From contig JAKAVY010000001.1 of NCBI GenBank assembly GCA_021827405.1, positions 16,861 through 80,860 of the forward strand: a DNA stretch of 64,000 nt. The letters are read 5' to 3'. The DNA is from Thermoplasmata archaeon (GTDB lineage Archaea > Thermoplasmatota > Thermoplasmata > Lutacidiplasmatales > UBA184). This document shows, one piece after another, positions 57,700-64,000 of the stretch. The notes below the pieces were generated by a model, which had not been told where the DNA came from, made no database searches, and saw only the letters and a program-made list of their open reading frames with translations. Positions within the stretch are counted from its first letter, which is position 1. Each line of letters begins with the position of its first letter. A program made the position numbers and the translations under genes.

Positions 57700-58863
57700 T
57701 CAGACCCGTTGGAAGAGGTGGACCGAGCAGCTTCCCCCCGTGGCCCCCACGTTGTGGGCCAGGGCCCACTCCGGCCCGCTCACCTGCCGCCCCCCGGCGC
57801 GTCCATTGAACTGTTCGAAGATCTCCACCACTTGGGCTGCGCCCGTGGCGCTCACCGGGTGACCCTTGGCCTTGAGCCCACCGGAAGGGTTGACGGGGAG
57901 CTTCCCGTCGACCGCGGTCTCCCCCTCGGCGCCGGCATGGGCGGCCTTTCCCCGCGGGTAGAACCCCAGGTCCTCCAGCGCCAGGACCTCGGCCACGGTG
58001 AAACAGTCGTGCACCTCCAGGAGGTCCACCACGGACCGGTCCACCCCCGCCATGCGGAAGGCGCGCTCGCCGGCCAGTGTGGAGGCGGGAAGGGAGGTCA
58101 GGTCGCTGCGGTCCTGGAGCGCAGCGATGCTCCCGGCCCGGGCCGAGGCCCGGATGGCGGCCGGTACCTGGGTCAGCTCGGAGCGGAACCGTTTCGGGTT
58201 CACGACCACCACCGCGGCGGCCCCGTCGGAGAACGGACAACAATCGTACAAGCGCAAGGGCCAGGAGACCGGGGCGGAGCTCAGATAGGTCTCCAGGGAG
58301 ATCGGCTTCTGGAAGTGCGCGTGGGGATTGTGAGAGGCGTTTAAGTGGTTCTTCACGGCCACCGCGCCTAGCTCCTCGGGCCGCGTCCCGTACCGGTGCA
58401 TATGGGCGGTGGCCAGGGTGGCGTAGAGACCCGGGAACGTCGCCCCGTTCCGGGACTCGAAAGCGTAGTCCGCCCCCATGGCGAAGTAGCTCGTGGCGGC
58501 CAGGGTGTCCAGGTGGGAGAGCTTCTCCACCCCCACCACCAGGGCGGCATCCAGGAATCCGCCGGCCACATGGACGAAGGCCTCGTGGAGGGCCGCCGAG
58601 GAGGAGGAACAGGCCGATTCCACCGTGACCGATGGGACCTCCGGGATCCCCAGGGCCGTGTTCACCAGGGGCCCCAGGTGGGCCTGACGTTCGGCGACCC
58701 CGAAGGCGTTGGAGACGAAGGTGTAGCCGATGTCCTTGGGGCGGAGCCCGGCCCCTTCGATCGCTTCCAGGCTCACCCGGGAGGCGGCCTCGCGGCCCGA
58801 GACGGCCATCTTTCCGAACCGGTTCATCGCGGCTCCGGCGACCCAGACCTCTTCCATGTCCAT
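57700..58863 (-). CDS. Archaeal thiolase (acetyl-CoA C-acetyltransferase, SCP-x type)
   Basis: VESACSSS, AVKNH, DCCPFSDGAAA, EVHDCF, NPSGGLKAKGHPVSATG, HNVG. Confidence 0.95.
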   Translation of the reverse strand: MDMEEVWVAGAAMNRFGKMAVSGREAASRVSLEAIEGAGLRPKDIGYTFVSNAFGVAERQAHLGPLVNTALGIPEVPSVTVESACSSSSAALHEAFVHVAGGFLDAALVVGVEKLSHLDTLAATSYFAMGADYAFESRNGATFPGLYATLATAHMHRYGTRPEELGAVAVKNHLNASHNPHAHFQKPISLETYLSSAPVSWPLRLYDCCPFSDGAAAVVVVNPKRFRSELTQVPAAIRASARAGSIAALQDRSDLTSLPASTLAGERAFRMAGVDRSVVDLLEVHDCFTVAEVLALEDLGFYPRGKAAHAGAEGETAVDGKLPVNPSGGLKAKGHPVSATGAAQVVEIFEQFNGRAGGRQVSGPEWALAHNVGATGGSCSVHLFQRV

Positions 58864-59088
58864 CCTCGAGAGCTCAGGCCGGCCAACCCTCGCCCTTGAC
58901 GAAGGTTCCAGGGATGGGGCCTTTATAAACACCCCGAACGGCCGATCCGGCGGTCTGCCCTCGTCCGGGGCCCGAGGCTCCCGGGCCCGTGGGGAAGGCC
59001 CCCGGGAACCCCGGCGAGGAGGAGAGCCTAACCCCCCCATCCCCCTTTCCCTTGTCCGAGGGCAGGGTCGGGGGACCCGGCGGGCCGC

Positions 59089-59355
59089 TCAGGTCCCTTC
59101 CAGCAAGGGAAGGAGGTCCCGGAAGGCGGACTCCGCCTGCCGAGCGTCCGGGGTCTTGATCACCAGACGGCCATCCTGCATGATCGTCACTTCCGGATCG
59201 CCCCCGACGAGGAGCATGACCCGGGCGTCTATGACCGAGCGCCCGGAGCGCTCCAGGCGCGTCCGGACGCGCCGGAGGTCGAGCCGTCGCTTGGGTTCGG
59301 GCACGGCCTCGTAGGCGCCCTTCCCCGAACAGAGCTTCAGCGAGTGGTAGCTCAC
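59089..59355 (-). CDS. Small hypothetical protein resembling the C-terminal domain of long ThiF/MoeB proteins
   Basis: LC....A.E..P....LDL.....RL...G.....EVTIMQDGRLVIK..D...A pattern. GTGA overlap with the upstream gene. Confidence 0.7.
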   Translation of the reverse strand: MSYHSLKLCSGKGAYEAVPEPKRRLDLRRVRTRLERSGRSVIDARVMLLVGGDPEVTIMQDGRLVIKTPDARQAESAFRDLLPLLEGT

Positions 59356-59978
59356 AGCACCTGAGCGTGGCGGGAGACGTCCTCCACCATCCGCCCGACG
59401 TCCAGGCGGTCCTCCTCTTCCAGGATCTTCAGCAAGCTAGTCCGGGTGGCGGGTTTGTCGGGGACGGCCTGGCAGCAGAGGCCCGGACGCGTGGAGATGC
59501 CGTAGGTCCCGAGGGCCTTGGCCCGGGCCTCGATCTCCTGCTTGTCGAAGCCCACGAGGGGCCGCACGATCGGGAGCGCCACCGCGGAGGTGGCGGTCCG
59601 CATGTTGGAAAGCGTCTGGCTGGCCACCTGCCCCAGCGCCTCTCCCGTGACCAAGAACCCCGCCCCCTCCCTGAGCGCCACCTGCTCGGCGGCCCGCCAC
59701 ATGAAGCGCCGGCAGAGGACGCAACCCACATGGCGGTCCGTGTTGCGCATGAGCGCGATCTGGGTGGATCCGTGGGGCAGCACGGTGAGCGGGATGGGGG
59801 ACCCGTACCGGGCGGAGAGCACCTTCAGATGGTCCCGGACCTTCGCCAGCGGCGAATCGTCGGTGAACGGACGGTTGTCCATGTGCACCGCGACCAAACG
59901 GTGGCCCTGGGAGAGGATCATGTCGGCCGCGACCGGGGAGTCGATCCCCCCGGACATGAGGACCACCCCGAGGGCCAT
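59352..59978 (-). CDS. ThiI-like PP-loop sulfurtransferase catalytic domain (no THUMP/NFLD)
   Basis: SGGIDSPVA, CVLCRR.M, TGEALGQVASQTLSN, RPLVGFDKQEI, CC..VP..PAT. CTTAAG about 30 nt upstream. Confidence 0.88.
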   Translation of the reverse strand: MALGVVLMSGGIDSPVAADMILSQGHRLVAVHMDNRPFTDDSPLAKVRDHLKVLSARYGSPIPLTVLPHGSTQIALMRNTDRHVGCVLCRRFMWRAAEQVALREGAGFLVTGEALGQVASQTLSNMRTATSAVALPIVRPLVGFDKQEIEARAKALGTYGISTRPGLCCQAVPDKPATRTSLLKILEEEDRLDVGRMVEDVSRHAQVL

Positions 59979-60070
59979 GACGACCGGCCGGACGGCCTCC
60001 GCAGGTTCTTAAGGGTGCCGGCCCGGGCGCGTTCCGCCCGGGCGGCGTTTAAGGGGGGCGGGGGGGAGCG

Positions 60071-60433
60071 CTAGGCGGGGACCGCGACCTTCGGCGGCGG
60101 GACGATCTCGTTGACCGCGTCCACCAGAGGCTTCAGGTAGGTCAGGGCGGGGCCTCCGTGCATGACCACGGCGACGAAGCCTGCCTCCATGAGTTCACCC
60201 CGGGTGGCCCCCAGGGAGGCCGCCGCCGAGACATGGAAGGCAATGCACCACTCGCATTGGGCTGCCACGGCCAAGGCGACACTGATGATCTCCTTCTCCT
60301 TGCCGCTGAGCGCCGGTCCCGATTCGGCCTTCTTCATGAAGGAGAGGAACCCCTGGATCTCCTGCGGGTACTCCTTCTGGAGCGTTCCGATCAGCTGCTG
60401 GAATTCCGTCAGGCGGTCTTGCATGTGTCCCAT
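60071..60433 (-). CDS. Carboxymuconolactone decarboxylase/AhpD family protein
   Basis: ALSGKEKEIISVALAVAAQCEWCIAFH...A...GAT..EL.EA..VAV.MHGGP. Confidence 0.92.
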   Translation of the reverse strand: MGHMQDRLTEFQQLIGTLQKEYPQEIQGFLSFMKKAESGPALSGKEKEIISVALAVAAQCEWCIAFHVSAAASLGATRGELMEAGFVAVVMHGGPALTYLKPLVDAVNEIVPPPKVAVPA

Positions 60434-60574
60434 CAGGCTCACCACCCGGCGCGTCCTTGCAGGGGGAAAAACCCGTCCGTGCACCCCATTTGACCAACCC
60501 TTGCTTCCGGGGCTTTCCGCCTCCTCCGGGCGGCTGTGCGCCACCCTTACATAGCGAGGGTTGTCCGACCCAGC

Positions 60575-61402
60575 GTGCCTTCGGCAGAGCTCCCGGGAGG
60601 ACCCCTTTTCTTCGAGGAGGCCGGCACCGGGGTCCCGGTCATCCTCCTCCACGAACTGGGGGGGAACGCCCGGGACTGGGACGGCCAGACGGCCGCCCTG
60701 TCCCGGCACCGGCGGGTGGTCGTGCCCGAGCTCCGCGGGCATGGACGTACCCCTCCACCGCCGGGGGAGATGTACACCCCTTCCCAGCACGCCGCCGACG
60801 TATACGCCCTCCTCGAGCACCTGGGTCTGGAGGCGCCTTGGGTCGTGGGGCTAAGCCTGGGGGGTCTGGTCACCCTGGCCCTCGCGCTGGAACACCCGGA
60901 ACGATTGCGGGGCCTCGTCCTGGTCTCCACCACGGCTCACGCGGACCGCTACACCCGGGAGGTCCTGGCCCGGTGGATGCAGGTCTTCCGAGAGCAGGGA
61001 GCGGAGGCCTATCTGAACCGGCTCCTGCAGGACGTGTTCTACCCGGACTGGCTGCTGGACCACCTCGACGAGGCGGACCGTTTCCGGGAGGAGCAGCGCC
61101 ACCGGCGCCTGGCCGGCATCGCCCCCAGCGCCGCCGGCATCGCCTCCTGGGATGTCCGGGGCCAGATCGCCCGGATCCGGCTCCCGACCCTGGTGGTCCA
61201 TGGGATGGACGACCGGGTGGTGGACCCCACCTCCGCCCGGATCCTCCGCCAGACGATCCTGGGCTCGGAGATGAAGCTCTACGCGAACACCGGTCATCTG
61301 CTTCACCAGGAGCACCCGCAAGAGTTCACCCGGCTCCTGGAGGATTTCTTCTCCCGCCACGAGGCCTCCGACCCGTCGACCGCCGGGAGGACTCCGCCAT
61401 GA
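60575..61402 (+). CDS. Alpha/beta hydrolase (PcaD/3-oxoadipate enol-lactonase-like)
   Basis: ILLHELG, ELRGHG, GLSLGG nucleophile elbow, VVHGMDD, GHLLHQE. Confidence 0.9.
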   Translation: MPSAELPGGPLFFEEAGTGVPVILLHELGGNARDWDGQTAALSRHRRVVVPELRGHGRTPPPPGEMYTPSQHAADVYALLEHLGLEAPWVVGLSLGGLVTLALALEHPERLRGLVLVSTTAHADRYTREVLARWMQVFREQGAEAYLNRLLQDVFYPDWLLDHLDEADRFREEQRHRRLAGIAPSAAGIASWDVRGQIARIRLPTLVVHGMDDRVVDPTSARILRQTILGSEMKLYANTGHLLHQEHPQEFTRLLEDFFSRHEASDPSTAGRTPP

Positions 61403-62349
61403 CCCCCCCGGAGCGAGACCTCGCTCCCTATCGCCGCTGCGAGCTCGTCACTCCGGCTTCCAGTGACCGGATGCTTGCGAAGGCCTCCCGTTCCGGGGCG
61501 GACCTGGTGGTCGCGGACCTGGAGGACGGGGTGAGCCCTTCCCAGAAGGAGGAATCCCGCCAGACACTGGTCCGGGCGGCCAACGAACTGGACTGGACGG
61601 GAAAGGCCCTCGCGTTCCGGGCCAACGGCCTTCACACGCCGTGGTTCCTCGACGACCTCCTGGAGCTGGTCAAGGGTGCGGGGCGGAACCTGGACGTGCT
61701 GGTGCTCCCGAAGGTCCGGAGCCCCGAAGAGGTGGGGTTCGTGGCCCGGCTCCTTGACCAGTTGGAGAGGAAGTTCTCCCTCCCGTCCAGGGGCATCGCC
61801 CTGGAGGTCCTTATTGAGACCGCAAGCGGTGTGCTCGCGGCGGACCAGATCGCCCGGGCCTCGGACCGGATGCGGGGGCTCATCTTCGGGCTCTACGACC
61901 TATCCGGTGACCTGGGCACCCAGGTCACCCCCGGCTGGGCCCTGGACCTCTCGTACGCCCGCCAGCGCACCTTGGTCTGTGCCCGGGCCGCGGGGCTGCT
62001 GGCCCTGGATGGCATCACCGCCCGCTACCAGGACCTGGAGCTGACCCACCAGGAGTCCGAGAACGCGCGTCGGCTGGGCTTCGATGGAAAGTGGGCCATC
62101 CACCCCGGTCAGGTGCCCGTGATCCAGGAGGTCTTCACCCCCACGCCGGAGGAGCTCGAGACCGCCGCCCGGAAGGTCCAGGCCTACCGGGAAGCGGGCG
62201 TGAGCCAGGGAAAGGGGGCGCTGGCGCTCGACGGGGAAATGGTGGACGAGGCCACCGTCCGCTTCGAGGAACGGCGCTTGGCCCTGGGGAGAAGGCTGGG
62301 GCTCTTTTCGCCGGCGAGGGACGGGCCGGCCCCGGAGCGCGTCGCCTAA
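61399..62349 (+). CDS. CitE/malyl-CoA lyase family CoA-ester lyase
   Basis: RRCEL.TP, DLEDGV, LPKV, LIET, GFDGKWAIHPGQV, DGEMVDEA. ATGA overlap with the hydrolase gene. Confidence 0.92.
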   Translation: MTPPERDLAPYRRCELVTPASSDRMLAKASRSGADLVVADLEDGVSPSQKEESRQTLVRAANELDWTGKALAFRANGLHTPWFLDDLLELVKGAGRNLDVLVLPKVRSPEEVGFVARLLDQLERKFSLPSRGIALEVLIETASGVLAADQIARASDRMRGLIFGLYDLSGDLGTQVTPGWALDLSYARQRTLVCARAAGLLALDGITARYQDLELTHQESENARRLGFDGKWAIHPGQVPVIQEVFTPTPEELETAARKVQAYREAGVSQGKGALALDGEMVDEATVRFEERRLALGRRLGLFSPARDGPAPERVA

Positions 62350-62560
62350 GGACTCGGGGCCTCGACGGGAGCCTCTCCCTCGGCGCGACCCGGAACGCGA
62401 TCCCTTTCTCTCGGGAGGAAGGAGGCCCCGGGCCCCTTCCCCGTGGGGCAGGCGCGGCTCTCGGGCCTCCGCCCGCTCACCGTGCCGCAGAGAAGGAGGC
62501 GTTCAAGGTCGCCGCCCTCCGATACGCGGCCGCCGCCGGCGGCCGGATCGATGGACGGCC

Positions 62561-63043
62561 TCAGGCGGGATCCCCGGAAAGGGACTGGTGGGACGCCGGG
62601 CCGGCCGGTTCTCCCCGACGCGCCCGGAACAGCACCACGCTCACCCCGAAGGCCGCGGTAACGGAGAGGTAGGCCCCCAGGCAGATGGGGCAGAGAGCGT
62701 GGATGACCGTCAGCTCGATCGTCCCGAGGTAGACGGCCATGAGGACCCCGAGCCCGGAGACCCCGAGCACGGCCTTCAGCCAGGACGCCTTGTAGGTCCT
62801 CAGCAAGGGGAGGTCGAGGGCCAGGAGCAGGACGAACCCCCCCACCCCGATGAGCCAATCGGGGACCGGTCCGGTGAAGGTGTGGCCGGAACTGTCCACC
62901 GCCTGGCAGGAGATGAACGAGTTCACGCTGCAGGTCGCCCGGAGCGCCGAGTCCACTGTCTCCAAGGTGGCGTAGAGGCTGAAGGCCAGGCCGAGGAGGA
63001 TGAAGAAGAGGAGCAGACGGTGGAGGACCCGGGCGTCCGTCAT
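62561..63043 (-). CDS. Vitamin K epoxide reductase (VKOR) family membrane protein
   Basis: Loop cysteines CSVNSFISC..V..S, GPVP..IG..G, YL..IEL.VI.ALCPIC. Confidence 0.93.
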   Translation of the reverse strand: MTDARVLHRLLLFFILLGLAFSLYATLETVDSALRATCSVNSFISCQAVDSSGHTFTGPVPDWLIGVGGFVLLLALDLPLLRTYKASWLKAVLGVSGLGVLMAVYLGTIELTVIHALCPICLGAYLSVTAAFGVSVVLFRARRGEPAGPASHQSLSGDPA

Positions 63044-63053
63044 CGAGGATCCT

Positions 63054-64000
63054 TCAAAGGGAGATCTGGGCGACGATGCTCATCACGGCAGAGTTCTGGA
63101 GGACGGCGCTCGGAGGGCTGATACCGGCCTTCTGGTCCGCCTTCACGAAGTAGGCCTCTAGGTAGATCATGGCGGAACTGATCTCGGCATAGACCGATCC
63201 CGTTCCGCTGGAAAGGTCGCTCTCCACCTGCTGGGGACTCAGGGCGGTCCCGCCGGGCGAGAGCGTGGCGGGGTTCACCAGGGCGCCCAGGTGGTAGTAC
63301 TGCCCCCCCACCACCACGAAGGGGATCCCTCCGGAGGAGTCGTAGGTCTGGACGTAGGCGTTCGGGAGGGTGGGGAGGGTGGGGATGGTGATGGTGCTGT
63401 CGTCCGTTCCCTCGTAGATCTGGAGGGAGACATAGCTCGAGTTGTACGTGACCGAGGAGAGGTCCACCTCCGGCGTGTTCGGATAGACGTCGGTGGAACT
63501 GGATTGGAGGTAGCTCCAGCCCGACAGGCTCCCGAAGGCCTCCAACGCACCGCGCATCGCCCAACTGGAGGCGGAGCAGTAAGGGCAGGCCACCGACCCG
63601 ACGTACAGGAAGACCGGCTTGCCCCCGTCCTGGGTCCACAGGGGGTTGGCCGCATGATACCAGGTCCCGTCAGAGTTCGAGGGCATGGCGGTGGTGTTCA
63701 GGCTCAAGTTGGGGATGCCGACCTCCACGGCGGCGAGGGCGCCCCCACCGGTGACCAGGAGCGCCACCACGACGCTGATGGCCACGGCGCGGCGCCAGCC
63801 TCCCCCGATCCCCCGGCCCCCGAAGACCAGCGAGAGCCCGAAGACGATGAGGCCAAAGGCGAGCGCGATCCCCATGTAGACGAGGGGGACGATGACCATC
63901 AGGGAGCTCAGCACGGTGAGCCCGAAGAGGATCCAGACCCCCGCCGAGAACGCAATGAGAAGACCGAGCACCGGGGCCCGGGCCCGCCAGCTCCGGGCGC
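63054..64000 (-). CDS. DUF929 family membrane-anchored thioredoxin-like protein (5' truncated by the window)
   Basis: GKPVFLYVGSVACPYCSASSW...AL..FG, SS.TDVYPNTP, GGIPF, EIxxA; at least three N-terminal TM. Frame open to the window edge. Confidence 0.85.
   Translation of the reverse strand, partial: ARSWRARAPVLGLLIAFSAGVWILFGLTVLSSLMVIVPLVYMGIALAFGLIVFGLSLVFGGRGIGGGWRRAVAISVVVALLVTGGGALAAVEVGIPNLSLNTTAMPSNSDGTWYHAANPLWTQDGGKPVFLYVGSVACPYCSASSWAMRGALEAFGSLSGWSYLQSSSTDVYPNTPEVDLSSVTYNSSYVSLQIYEGTDDSTITIPTLPTLPNAYVQTYDSSGGIPFVVVGGQYYHLGALVNPATLSPGGTALSPQQVESDLSSGTGSVYAEISSAMIYLEAYFVKADQKAGISPPSAVLQNSAVMSIVAQISL

Noticed and set aside
1..64000. tRNA, rRNA, CRISPR arrays, transposases/integrases
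   Set aside because: No T-loop/cloverleaf, regularly spaced repeats or recombinase motifs were seen by eye.

Overview
A very GC-rich (roughly 70% by eye), gene-dense chromosomal segment that is clearly archaeal. The evidence is aIF-1A, a stand-alone Bud32 kinase, a thiolase + DUF35 pair, an AbrB-PhoU regulator, an HTH-10 regulator, a COG1340 coiled-coil protein, DUF929, and TATA boxes about 25-35 nt before start codons. Gene content suggests a high-GC Thermoplasmata lineage (inference). About 60 CDS are supported. They include a full phosphate-uptake operon (regulator-pstS-C-A-B-phoU) with an AT-rich repeated upstream element, and an acetate module (satP-acs facing a Pat-type GNAT acetyltransferase). 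Also present are several beta-oxidation/ETF genes, envelope glycosyltransferases, pdxS, pyrF, thyX, msrB, speB and nnr. No tRNA, rRNA, CRISPR array or transposase was seen. The best candidates for poorly described systems are: (1) a translationally coupled redoxin-like gene plus two paralogous Cys-Cys membrane proteins at 1.0-2.9 kb; (2) a THUMP-less ThiI catalytic core coupled to a stand-alone ThiF/MoeB-C-terminal-like protein; (3) the satP-acs-pat acetylation circuit; (4) a DUF929-VKOR disulfide-formation pair; (5) a GT-B + HAD compatible-solute operon with a divergent regulator; (6) a perfect 16-bp palindrome above a short ORF with an in-frame TGA in an x-W-A-C context. All family calls come from motif recognition by eye, not from database searches.
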